A DNA stretch of 43,540 bases from Thermotogota bacterium (GTDB lineage Bacteria > Bipolaricaulota > Bipolaricaulia > UBA7950 > UBA9294). Below are positions 1 to 10,100 of this stretch, one piece after another. The notes under the pieces are model-generated. The model saw only the letters and a program-made list of their open reading frames with translations. It had not been told where the DNA came from and made no database searches. The stretch spans positions 1-43,540 of the forward strand of contig JBDKUT010000090.1 in assembly GCA_039679545.1 (NCBI GenBank). The letters run 5' to 3'. Each line of letters starts with the position of its first letter. The stretch's first letter is position 1. The translations under genes and the position numbers were made by a program.

Positions 1-1
1 C

Positions 2-1969
2 GCCGCACGCAGGCGAGGAGGCTTCGGTCGCCTCAAGCTGGTACGTGTAGACGACCGTGTGCCCGCGCACGGAGTCGGTTCGATCGATCCTGACCCCGAG
101 CGGTCCGTCGGGCGTGGCGTCGTCGACGGTCGCTGAGGCGGAGCTGCCGTCAACGGTTACCGCCAGGCTGCCCGGAACGTACGCAAGACCGTTGCTCGGG
201 AGGGTGGCGTACTGGTACTCGTCGAACGAGACGGGGTCGAGGCTCGCATCGTTCGCAAAGACGTGCGTGTCGGTGAAGGTCGCCGGATCTCCGCACCGCA
301 CGAGGGCCTCAGGAGTTACCGTCATCTCCGACGTGTAGAGGAGTTCGCACTCGATCACGATCGGCGCCGTGGCGGACGCCGTCCTTGTGCACCCACAGCA
401 GTCGACGACGCTCGCCGAAAGCCCGTTCGCCGTCTCGGTGTAGCAGGCCCCGCAGTCGCTTGGAACGCGGATCGTCACAGAGGACGAGAAGCTCGGATCG
501 ACCGTCGGGTCGAAGGTCCACGCGATGTCGCCCGAGGGCAGGACGGTGCCGCCGCCGGCGCTCACGACGACGAAGCCGTCCGGCACGGAGTCGACGACGG
601 AGACCAGGTCCACGATTCCCGTTCCGCACGACGGCGACCCCGAGTACGTCACGCCGACCGTGTACGTGAGGTCTTGGCCGAGCTTCACGAGGGTGGGACC
701 CGACTTCGTCGCGGAGAGCGACGGCCCGCCCGTTCCTCCGACGGAGCCGATCTGCGGGCGCCCTTTGTGCTCGATGCCGCAGTCGTTTTCATACGCGAGG
801 GTGTAGATCGGCGACCCGCTCGGGGACCCCGCGCACCAGTCGCCGGCGAACGTCACGTGAAACTGGAGGGAGTACGTCGACGACCCCGAGATGAGGGGAA
901 TCGAGAAGCAACCGTCGGCGTACGTTGCCGTCCCCTGAACGTCGTCGACGGCGAGTCCCGAGAGATTCACGCAGAGTCGCACGTTGTGGGCGTCACCGGT
1001 GCCGGCGTTCTCGATCGGGATCGTGACGGTTTCGCCGAGCGTGCAGTACGGAACGGTGATCGCTGGAGCCGTGAACACCAAGTTTGGGAGCGCCAGGACG
1101 AGGGCGATCGACGCGGTCGCCGTCGTGCTTCCGCACGAGCCGGGAACCGCCGTGTCTTCGCAGACTTCGCCGGAGTTGCACCCCCAACGAGCGTCGGCGG
1201 CGTCAGAGAGGTCTTGGCAGGCGACGACGCGCGCCGTGATGGAGAGCGGTACGGAATCGCCGGCCGCGACCTCCTCCAGCGCCGGTGTGGTCGCGGCGCT
1301 CCAGACGATCGCGCCGCCCGAGAGCCCCCCGCCGTCGGATGCCGACACGAACTCGAGCCCTGCGCCGAGGACGTCCGTAACCACGACGTTCGCCACAGAT
1401 CCGAGCCCGGTGTTCTCCGCTGTGACCGTCCACGTGACCACGTCCCCCACCGAGGCCTCGACGACCGACGGAGCCTTGCTGATCACGATGGCTCCAGGAA
1501 GGATCTCGATCGACGTGGAGTGGGTGTTCCGAAGCAGCACGCCGGGGGCGGCGCAGTTCTCGAAGTCCACGGTCGCGACGTCGTTGCCCGAGACGGCAGC
1601 GCAGTCCGTCGCAAGATCGAACGAGACCCTGATCTCGCCTCCGGGAGGCAGGGTGTACGCCGATCCCCGGATGGCGTCCACATTCCAGGTCCCGTCCGTG
1701 GGGTCCACGGCGTAGGTCTCGCCGGCTTCGACGAGCGTCAGCGCAGAGGTCCCTGCGACGATGGAAAATCCCGCGTTGGGAACGGCGTTTATGATGACGA
1801 TCCGGCAGGCGCTCTCGGTCGCGCTCGCGTTCGTCACGGTCACCGTGAACGTCGCCTGAGCGCACCGGCTCATCTGACTGGGGCCGACGATGCCTTGGGC
1901 GACGCCGGCGAGCGGAATCACGAGGAGCACGAGACAGATCCACAGTCCGAGTGTCGTCCGATCACGCAC
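2..1969 (-). CDS. Large secreted Cys-containing surface protein with Ig-like/DUF11-like repeats (3' end runs off the window; absent from the ORF track)
   Basis: The minus strand has RBS AAGGAG followed by GTG at 1969. It translates MRDRTTLGLWICLVLLVIPLAGVAQGIVGPSQMSRCAQATFTVTVTNASATESAC..., a Sec signal followed by beta-rich 'FTVTVTN' modules. Both ends were read by hand and the same frame is open at the window edge (...HTVVYTYQLEATEASSPACG). Confidence 0.8.
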   Translation of the reverse strand, partial: MRDRTTLGLWICLVLLVIPLAGVAQGIVGPSQMSRCAQATFTVTVTNASATESACRIVIINAVPNAGFSIVAGTSALTLVEAGETYAVDPTDGTWNVDAIRGSAYTLPPGGEIRVSFDLATDCAAVSGNDVATVDFENCAAPGVLLRNTHSTSIEILPGAIVISKAPSVVEASVGDVVTWTVTAENTGLGSVANVVVTDVLGAGLEFVSASDGGGLSGGAIVWSAATTPALEEVAAGDSVPLSITARVVACQDLSDAADARWGCNSGEVCEDTAVPGSCGSTTATASIALVLALPNLVFTAPAITVPYCTLGETVTIPIENAGTGDAHNVRLCVNLSGLAVDDVQGTATYADGCFSIPLISGSSTYSLQFHVTFAGDWCAGSPSGSPIYTLAYENDCGIEHKGRPQIGSVGGTGGPSLSATKSGPTLVKLGQDLTYTVGVTYSGSPSCGTGIVDLVSVVDSVPDGFVVVSAGGGTVLPSGDIAWTFDPTVDPSFSSSVTIRVPSDCGACYTETANGLSASVVDCCGCTRTASATAPIVIECELLYTSEMTVTPEALVRCGDPATFTDTHVFANDASLDPVSFDEYQYATLPSNGLAYVPGSLAVTVDGSSASATVDDATPDGPLGVRIDRTDSVRGHTVVYTYQLEATEASSPACG

Positions 1970-1993
1970 GTGCCGCTCCTTTCGCAACCGGAC

Positions 1994-4234
1994 CTACGGG
2001 GTGCCGGCTCCAAGCTTAGCGTTCACTTCGAGGAACCCTTCCGCCGGAGCCGAAGCCGTCGGCCATGCTATTGCGTAGGCGTCCGTTTTCGCGCCCCGCA
2101 CCAGAACGACGACGATCTCCGTCGACCTCACGTCGGCTTTGTCTTGGCCCTCCGCCGAAGCCGCGCTCGCCACAAGCCGATGCTCGCCGAATGGGACTCG
2201 CAGGAAGAAGAACCTACCTTCAGCGTCGGTCACCGCCCGCGTCGCGGCATCTTCGTCCAACGTGACGCGAAGCCCGGCGACGAGGGGCTCCCCAGGGTCG
2301 AACGACCCGTCGCCGTCCACGTCGACGTAGACGAAGCCTTTCAGCTTCGTGGTCGTCCGCAGCGCGGCGAATGCGACGACAACCTCGCCCCCGGCGTCAA
2401 GGAGGAGGGACGTCTTCGTCGACGCGAACGCGTAGCCCCGGCTCGAGAGGAGGTCCAGCGAGGACGGCGTCAGAGCCGCGGTCCACGTTCCTTCGTCGAG
2501 CTCGAACACGACTGCGCCGTCGCTCCCCGTGGTCAGCGTTTGGCCGCCGATCGAGACGCTGATCCCGGCAAGTCCCGGCTCTCCGCCCGAAGGGGCTCCG
2601 TCGCCGTTCGAGTCCTCGTAGACCAGCACTCGAACGGACTGGGCAGGACGAATCTCGACCGTCGCTGTCGCTTCCGAGACGTCGCCGGTCAAGACGTTGC
2701 GGTAGGAGTCGCGGACCTCGACCGTCACTCGCCCCGAGTACGGTTCGGACCACACATGGTCGACAGACGAGGCGGCAAGCCAATCTGTGTCGTAGGTCCA
2801 GTCGCCGTCAAAATCCCACCGATACTCGAGCGTGTCTCCGACGTCGAGGTCAACCGAGAGGCCCGCATCCAGCCGCACAGGGGCGCCGACTCGGCCCTCG
2901 TAGAAAACGCCGGCATCAGCAATGGGAGGCGTATTCGCGTACCTCACGCCGATCGTCACGACGACGGGATCGGACAGCTGGGCACCATCGAACGCGCGGT
3001 ACCCGAACGAGTCGACTCCGAAGAAGCCGGACCGCGGGAAGTACGTGAACCCGCCGTCGGGTCGGAGAGTCACAGTGCCCGCGGCGGCCGACTGCGCGAG
3101 AATCGCTGTGAGGCGGTCTCCCTCCGGGTCGGCGTCGTTCTCCAACACTCCGGGAGCAACGACGGACAATCCCCCCGCCGCGGCCAACTCGTAGGCGTCG
3201 CCAACCGCCGTCGGCGGATCGTTCACCGCAGCCACCGTCACGGCCACGGTTGCCGTCCCGGAGACATCGCACCCGTCGGAGGTGCGATAGGTGAACGCAT
3301 CGACTCCGTTATAGCCCGCCGCCGGCTCGTAGGTCACGGCCCCGCCCGGCGACAGGTCGAGCGTGCCGTGGTCCGGACCGTCGACGAGGAGCGCCTCGAG
3401 CGCATCCTCATTCGGATCGATGTCGTTCGCAAGAACGCCGGGCGCTGCGAGGTTCATCGTGCCATCCTCGGCGACGGAGAACGCGTCGGCGATCGCTGTC
3501 GGGGCCTCGTTCTCAATCGTCACCGTCACGACGGCCGAGCTCACGCGTCCTCCGGGCGCGGTCACCTCGTACTCGAAGCTGTCCGTTCCACACGCGCTCG
3601 GCCCCGGCACGTAGGCCACGCTCTTTCTGTCCGACGCCACCTCGGCCGTCCCGTCAAGGGGCGACGCGAGGACGCGGCTCACCTCGAGGTCGGTCGACCC
3701 GCCGCTCACGACGAACGCAGTCTCGAACGTCGTCCGCGTGTAGGGAGGTTCTCCCGTGTACGACGGGTGGTCGGAGGCACACGAGCAGTCGCCACTCTCG
3801 AGGGGGGATTCGGTCGGGCAAGGGATTTGGTCCGTCTCCGATGCGTCGGCCTCGACGTAGAAATCGTTTGCCAGCACGGGAATCGAGACCTCCTCGCCCC
3901 GGCGGGCGGAAGCCTCATCGAGGACTGCGATCAGCCCGCCCCCACCGAACTCGATCCCGTATGTGCCAATGTGCTCCTGGCAAAGGGTCGCGGCGTCGGC
4001 GTCGCGAGCGTGCTCGATCGTCAGCTGGTGCATGCCGGCTGAGAGGATCCCGAGGTCCCACGTCGTTCCGATCGATCCGAACGCCGTGGAGCCGAGCCGT
4101 CGGCCGTCGACGTACACGTTCGCTTGGTCGTCGGTCGAGTTCGTACCGTTGTCCCAAACGCGCACCGTGATCTGAGCGTGTGCGCTCAGTCCGACCGCAA
4201 CGAGCAGGGAAGCCAAAACGCACAGGCGCAGCAC
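1994..4234 (-). CDS. Secreted Ig-like (Big_9/cadherin-like) + PKD + SdrD-B-like domain surface protein
   Basis: Signal peptide; repeats of 'NxxPxAxxD...GVLxNDxDP...PxxG..GxDxFxY'; PKD 'YRWDFDGD'; two SdrD-B-like 'VYEDSNGDG..GEPGLAG' units. The likely start is GTG 4234 after AAGGAG (the track start 4267 overlaps a TACAAT -10). Confidence 0.85.
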   Translation of the reverse strand: MLRLCVLASLLVAVGLSAHAQITVRVWDNGTNSTDDQANVYVDGRRLGSTAFGSIGTTWDLGILSAGMHQLTIEHARDADAATLCQEHIGTYGIEFGGGGLIAVLDEASARRGEEVSIPVLANDFYVEADASETDQIPCPTESPLESGDCSCASDHPSYTGEPPYTRTTFETAFVVSGGSTDLEVSRVLASPLDGTAEVASDRKSVAYVPGPSACGTDSFEYEVTAPGGRVSSAVVTVTIENEAPTAIADAFSVAEDGTMNLAAPGVLANDIDPNEDALEALLVDGPDHGTLDLSPGGAVTYEPAAGYNGVDAFTYRTSDGCDVSGTATVAVTVAAVNDPPTAVGDAYELAAAGGLSVVAPGVLENDADPEGDRLTAILAQSAAAGTVTLRPDGGFTYFPRSGFFGVDSFGYRAFDGAQLSDPVVVTIGVRYANTPPIADAGVFYEGRVGAPVRLDAGLSVDLDVGDTLEYRWDFDGDWTYDTDWLAASSVDHVWSEPYSGRVTVEVRDSYRNVLTGDVSEATATVEIRPAQSVRVLVYEDSNGDGAPSGGEPGLAGISVSIGGQTLTTGSDGAVVFELDEGTWTAALTPSSLDLLSSRGYAFASTKTSLLLDAGGEVVVAFAALRTTTKLKGFVYVDVDGDGSFDPGEPLVAGLRVTLDEDAATRAVTDAEGRFFFLRVPFGEHRLVASAASAEGQDKADVRSTEIVVVLVRGAKTDAYAIAWPTASAPAEGFLEVNAKLGAGTP

Positions 4235-4329
4235 CCAACGTCTCCTTCCGTTCCTCCGCGGAAGCATTGTACTGGGGGGGTGCAGTGCGATGTGTGATCC
4301 ACATCACGCTCGCCAGCAAGGGCTCCCGA

Positions 4330-5766
4330 CTACTCGATCAGTCCCCAGCCGGACTCGGTATCGCGGCCCGGATCGCCAACGTCGAGCGCAGCACGTCGGA
4401 GGATGTCGACCAGTTCGGCGACGGTCAGCCCGGGGTGTTGCGCAAGGTGGAGAGCGGCGATCCCGGCGATGCGCGGCGCGGCAAACGATGTTCCGGACAG
4501 TGAAGCGAGAAACCCTCCCGGCAGAAGCGACAGGACGTCGACTCCAAGGCTCACAAGATCGAGGCTCGCTCCGGTGTTCGAGAACGTGGCGACGTTGCCC
4601 GCTGCGTCCGTCGCGCCGACCGTCAGCACGTCGGCCCGGTTCGCGATCGGCCCGATGTCGCCGGAGCCGTTCCCCGCAATCGCTACGATCAGAACGTTGG
4701 CTGCGGCCGCGCGCGCGATCGCCTCACGGACGACTCCGGGCGGCTCCTGCGTCGCATACAAAGACAGGTTGATGACCCGCGCTCCATTGGCGACGGCGTA
4801 GTCGACGGCATCCGCAAGCCGTCCCCAGTCCGACGTGTAGAAAACCCCGCTTGAGTCGAGGAACCGAAGGTCCATGATCGAGACGGTGATCGGCCACCCC
4901 GTTGGGCTGTTCTGCTCGAGCGAGTCTGCGACGAGGGAAGCCACGGCCGTACCGTGCCAGTGAAGCGGCGTTCCCGACAGGCTGTTCGCGTCGTTGTCGC
5001 GGAAGTCCCAGCCGAAGATGTCGTCGACGTACCCGTTCTGGTCGTCGTCGATCTCGTTTCCGGGGATCTCGAACGGGTTCCGCCACATGCGGCACGTAAG
5101 CTCGGGGAGGGACCAATCGATGCCCGTGTCGATCACGGCGACGACCACGGGCGCCGGCGCGTTGGAGCCGATATCCGTCACGGGTCCCGCGGCGTACGTC
5201 CGCGCGCACGTGAGGAGCGTATCGACCCGGTGAACCTCGCCCAGGGGAGCGATCATCCGAGCCGTTGCGTCGTTCAGGTGCGCGCTCGAGCAGAACACCG
5301 AGACGTGCTGGTGGTGTTCACCGAGCGCCACGGCACTCCCCGCAGACGGCGCCAGACTGCAGTAGCGGATCGTGACGTCGGATGAAGGGCACTCCTTCGT
5401 GCCGTTGACGAGGACGCACAGGCTGGCGGCAAGAATCGTCAGCCCCTCGACCCAGATCCGGCGCGACGACAGGATGGACAAGCTTCCCGTAAGCACGCAC
5501 CGGCGCGAACTCTGCTCGACGGCGTCCCAGCACGGGGTACCCACAACCACCGAAAGGTCGACTCGGCCCTCAATCCACAAGTCGGTCTTGTTGAGCACGA
5601 CGACGTCTTCGTCGTAAATTCCGGGAGCGATGTCGACCGTGTCTCCCGATCCGGCAAGGTCCACGGCGCTCTGGATCGTCGGGCACTCCTCAGGGACCGA
5701 AATGACCCGGCCCGACACAGAGAACGCGACGCCGAGCATGCCGAGAACAAGGACCCACACCCGCAT
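4330..5766 (-). CDS. Secreted S8 (subtilisin-like) serine peptidase with N-terminal pectin-lyase/beta-helix-like region
   Basis: Catalytic triad motifs VAVIDTGID, HGTAVA and GTSFAAP, oxyanion AGN, and the DDDQNGYVDD Ca loop. The N-terminus has 'VPEECPTIQSAVD..GDTVDIAPGIY'. Confidence 0.9.
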   Translation of the reverse strand: MRVWVLVLGMLGVAFSVSGRVISVPEECPTIQSAVDLAGSGDTVDIAPGIYDEDVVVLNKTDLWIEGRVDLSVVVGTPCWDAVEQSSRRCVLTGSLSILSSRRIWVEGLTILAASLCVLVNGTKECPSSDVTIRYCSLAPSAGSAVALGEHHQHVSVFCSSAHLNDATARMIAPLGEVHRVDTLLTCARTYAAGPVTDIGSNAPAPVVVAVIDTGIDWSLPELTCRMWRNPFEIPGNEIDDDQNGYVDDIFGWDFRDNDANSLSGTPLHWHGTAVASLVADSLEQNSPTGWPITVSIMDLRFLDSSGVFYTSDWGRLADAVDYAVANGARVINLSLYATQEPPGVVREAIARAAAANVLIVAIAGNGSGDIGPIANRADVLTVGATDAAGNVATFSNTGASLDLVSLGVDVLSLLPGGFLASLSGTSFAAPRIAGIAALHLAQHPGLTVAELVDILRRAALDVGDPGRDTESGWGLIE

Positions 5767-5808
5767 TCCGCGCCTCCACGTCCACTCCAGAAGAAGGATC
5801 CGACGACC

Positions 5809-7041
5809 CTAGAACCTCGTCGACAGCCCCAAGTAGAGGGTCCAGGAGCCATCGTTCTCGAACTCGGCCTCGATCGACCCGAACGTCGTTGCTCCAAGCG
5901 GAAAGAAGACGCCCCCGTCGAGGCGGCCCCAACTGAACAGGGTTGCCACCCCGCGCTCAAAGTAGAGGTCGAAGGTCCACTCGGTGGCGAGGCCGCAGCA
6001 GCCGGGAACAAGCCCGGATGCAGACAGGCGTTCGAAGTACGTGGTTTCTCCCGCCACGGCGAGGTTGTGCGCCGCTGCGTCGGGGCCGCTCGCGTCGAAA
6101 CAGGTCGCAGAAGAAACCTCGACGGCGTCGCCGAGCGCACACGAGACCTCGATCCCGTAAATGGAGATCCCGTCAATGAACGGGAAGTCGCCGAGGAACT
6201 CGACGTACGGCTGCACTCCAGCGCAGGCCGAACCGATCAGCGCCCGCAACGTGGGCTCGAACTCCTTCCCGGCCGTGTCGAGCCTCGCGTGCAAGTCAAG
6301 GGTCGTCTCAAGGAACGGCGTCGAGAGGAGCGCAATGGGAATCCCCCGGGCGAAGAACTCGAGGGCGTCAAACCCGGTGTCGGACAGGGAGAGCCTTGCC
6401 TGCACCGGGATTCCGCAGTCGAAGAGGAGCGTGTCGAGGCGGATCTGGGCTGCGTCGAACGCGACGGGGACCTGCTCGGACGTCTCGGACGGACACGTCC
6501 CGATCAGGAACCGCGCGAACATGTTCCATGTCATCCCCGCCACCGCGCCGCGGATCGCGAACTGGTCGTAGGAGTTGCTGGTGCTTCCCGAGAGGAAGAG
6601 CGTGTTTCCGAACCGAAGGTCACCGATCCGCCAGCTTAGGAGCCAGAATAGGTAGCGGAACCGCTCCACGTCGCTGGCCGACGGGTCGAACACGGCCTGC
6701 GCCCGGGAGTCGAAGGGACCGAGCTTTCCGTCGGCTCCGAGAGCGAGGAAGGTGAAGTCGTTGTCTGAGAGGCTGGCACGTGTGAAGAACGCCCACCCTT
6801 CGGGGGCGCGGAGACGCAGGAGAAGCGTGAGGTCGCTCACCGACACGCGGAATGACGGGCTTGGATCGTACGAGAGAAGCACGCGCCCGCCAATCTCACC
6901 GTCGAAGGCGAACGAACTCGCCTGCGCGGCGAACACCCCGCTCGCCGCAGACAACAACACGAGAACGAGCCCTCGGCGCGCCCTCCTACGCCAGTCACCA
7001 CGGTCCACTCGCTTGTCTCCCAAACCCCCGCCCGGAGACAC
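5809..7041 (-). CDS. Putative outer-membrane beta-barrel protein
   Basis: Signal peptide, alternating hydrophobic/polar beta-strand pattern, and C-terminal WTLYLGLSTRF resembling a BamA beta-signal. Start position uncertain. Confidence 0.6.
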   Translation of the reverse strand: MSPGGGLGDKRVDRGDWRRRARRGLVLVLLSAASGVFAAQASSFAFDGEIGGRVLLSYDPSPSFRVSVSDLTLLLRLRAPEGWAFFTRASLSDNDFTFLALGADGKLGPFDSRAQAVFDPSASDVERFRYLFWLLSWRIGDLRFGNTLFLSGSTSNSYDQFAIRGAVAGMTWNMFARFLIGTCPSETSEQVPVAFDAAQIRLDTLLFDCGIPVQARLSLSDTGFDALEFFARGIPIALLSTPFLETTLDLHARLDTAGKEFEPTLRALIGSACAGVQPYVEFLGDFPFIDGISIYGIEVSCALGDAVEVSSATCFDASGPDAAAHNLAVAGETTYFERLSASGLVPGCCGLATEWTFDLYFERGVATLFSWGRLDGGVFFPLGATTFGSIEAEFENDGSWTLYLGLSTRF

Positions 7042-7111
7042 TCACACACGGCCAGACTACCCGCCGCGGGCCCCTCAGACAAGACCCCCGGAGCCCGCCC
7101 CTCACTTCCCC

Positions 7112-10100
7112 TCACGGCAGCACCGTCAAGAGCACTGCGTAGACCATCCCCGCGGCGCTGCGCACCCACAGGGCGTAGTCTCCGGTCGGAAGGTTCGAGG
7201 TTTCCACGACCAGCGTCGACGCTCCGTCGACGACGCTCGTCTCCACAAGGAGTTCGCTCGCCGGAATCGCGAGTCTTCCGCGCACTCGATCGGTCAGACA
7301 CACCATGGCCGGCCCCGTCATCCACGCGCTGGGGTCGCCGGGCAGCGCCACGGCGAGAACTGTCCCGATCAGAATGGCACGCGCTCCTTCCGCCGGAAGG
7401 AGCGACAGAATCTCGCCCATTGGGGGAGGATTCACCGTCCCAGGGGTGCCGAGAATGATGTTCCCAGCCTTGTCGTGCCCCGAGATGAACGGCCCCCAAT
7501 TCGTGCTCCACTCTGCGCTCCCAGCTTCGACGAAATCCTGATCCCGCTGCATCGACGCAGGAGGGATCGCGTTTCCGCCGGGCCAGCCGGCGCCGCGTCC
7601 CGCAAGCGCCATCACCCGATCGACGACGCACCCGTACGGATCGACCAGTTCCATCAGGGCTCCAGCGTCCGGAAGGTCCAAGAGGCGACCGAGAGCAAGT
7701 TCGTCCGCATACACCTGCGTCGCGACGACATCGCGCACAGCGTCGTCCGTGGCGCGCTCGAGAAGCACGATGTCCTGGTCGGGGCCGGCGTTCACGTCAA
7801 TGCGGAACCATCGCCCGTCGACGGTCGCAACGCCGACCGACGGGACCCCGGAGAACGCTCCGGCCGATCCGGACAGGCCGATGACCCGCCAGAAGCCGTC
7901 GAGCGCCGCCGCCGGGACGATCGGGCGCCAACGCACCGTCCAACCGGTGAGGTCGATCTCCTCGGACTCGACGTTGCGCAGCTCGATCCACTCGTGCCTG
8001 GGGTCAACGGCCGTTCCCGCCCAGGCAATCTCCGAGATGATCATCTGTTGCTGACACCCGGCGAGCGCGCCGCCGCCGCCCGCGACGAGCACGGCCAGGG
8101 TTTGGATGACCCCTTCCGCGCACAGACCCGACGAATCGCAGGCCCGAAAGACGATCTGGTCGAGGCCGGCGTACCCCTCTGCGGGGAGGTAGGTGAAGGC
8201 GCCCGTCGCTGGATCGAAGGAGCCGATCGTCCCGTGGCTCGGTCCGCCGACGATCGTGAACGAGATGGAAGCTCCTTCCGGATCCTGCGCGATCAGTTGC
8301 AGGTCCACGGAAACGCCCGCCGTAACGGTCGTCTCAAACGAGGTCACAATCGGCGCTTCGTTCACCGGGAGAACAATCACCGTGACGACCGCCGCGGAGC
8401 AGGCGCCCGACGGGTCGCAGGCCCGGAAGACGAACTGATCGTTGCCGTCGAACCCCGTGTCAGGAACGTAGACCACTCCGCCCGTCGTCGGATTGATCGA
8501 CTCGATCCGCCCGTGCGCCGGCGGGCCCGGGATCGAGTACGTGATCGCGTCGCCATCCGGGTCGGCGGCCCGCAGCAGGATGTCGAGCGGCGTATCCTCG
8601 GGCGTCGACAGGATTTGCGTCTCGCTGACCGGCGCGTGGGCGACGGCCACGACGAGGAGTTCGATCGTTCCTTCGTCGCAGGCGCCGGAGGGATCGCAAA
8701 CCTCGAACATGAACGAGTCCGCCCCCGAGTACCCGGGATCCGCCGTGTACGTGAGCTCGCCGGAGACCGGATCGAACCCACTGATCGTGCCGTGCGTCGG
8801 CCCCGATACGAGCCGGTACACGAGCGGGTCGTCATCGGGGTCCGTCCCCGTCAGGAGGATCGGGTTCGGTGCGTCGTCGGAAACCGTGACCTGATCGTCA
8901 CCTGCGAGCGGCGCGCCGTTCACCGGGCGAACGACGAACGACACCGTCCCTGCGTCGCACGCCCCCGCCGGGTCGCAGACGGAAAACCGGAACATATCGG
9001 TCCCGTCGTAGTGCGGGTCCGGGACGTACGTCACGGCCCCCGAATCTGGATCGAATCCGACGAGCGTTCCGTGCTCCGGCGGGACGAGGATGGCGAACGT
9101 CACTGCGTCTTCGTCCACATCGGACCCAGCAAGCTCGATGGCGAGAGTCTGGTCCTCGTCAAGCACCAATGTCTGATCCACGGCCGCCGGCGGATCGTCC
9201 ACCGCGACGACCTCAATCGCGACGACGGCCGTGTCGCAGGCCCCGGCAGGGTCGCAGGCGCTGAACGTGAGCGAGTCGAGTCCGTTGTAGTTCCCGTCAG
9301 GAACGTACATCAGGGCACCCGTGGCGGGGTTAAGCCCGAGGAGCGTCCCGTGCGTCGGCCCAATGACGATGCGATAAGAGATAGAGTCTCCGTCGACGTC
9401 GCTCGCCGAGAGGTGAATCCCTAGGCTGACGTCCTCACGCGTCCACACGTCCTGTGGAGATGCCTCCGGAGGGTCGTTGACGGGCGACACGGTCAGCGCG
9501 ATCGTCGCCGTGTCGCAGGCTCCCGTCGGCCCGCAGACGGTGAACGTGAACGAATCCGGTCCGCTGTAGTTCGGATCCGGAACGTACGTCACCGCGCCTG
9601 TCGCGGGATCGAACCCGACGAGCGTCCCGTGCGCCGGTCCGGCCACGATCGAGAAGGCCAGGACGTCCCCGTCGACGTCCGTCCCCTCGAGTTGCAAGAG
9701 AAGCGAGGTGTCTTCGTTCAGCGTCCCCGCCATCCCAATCGCCACCGGCGGGTCGTTGACCGGCGTGACCGCGAGTGCAGCCGTCCCCGTGTCGCAGGCC
9801 CCCGAGGGGTCGCAGACGGTGAACGTGAAGGAGTCCGATCCGTTGTAGTTCGGGTCGGGGACGTACGTCAGGGTTCCGGTCGTGGGGGCGAATCCGACGA
9901 GCGTCCCGTGCGTCGGCCCCGTCAGGATCGTGTAGGTCAGGGCGTCCCCATCCGCGTCGGTTCCTGCCAGTACGAGGGTCAGCGATCCGTCTTCGCTCAA
10001 CACGTCCGTCGGGTCGACGGCACGGGGAGGATCGTTCACAGGGTGAACGGTGAGCGATACGATCCCTTCGTCGCACACGCCTCGCTCGTCGCACGCCGTG

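Noticed and set aside
263..4042. 1259-aa plus-strand ORF (also 6752-9424, 9629-11047 and many other long overlapping ORFs)
   Set aside because: These are Arg-rich antisense shadows of well-supported minus-strand genes, expected at high GC, and show no recognisable motifs.
4274..4280. G7 tract next to a TACAAT -10 as a phase-variation switch for a surface protein
   Set aside because: Seven bases is short in a high-GC genome, and no recognisable -35 exists whose spacing it would alter.
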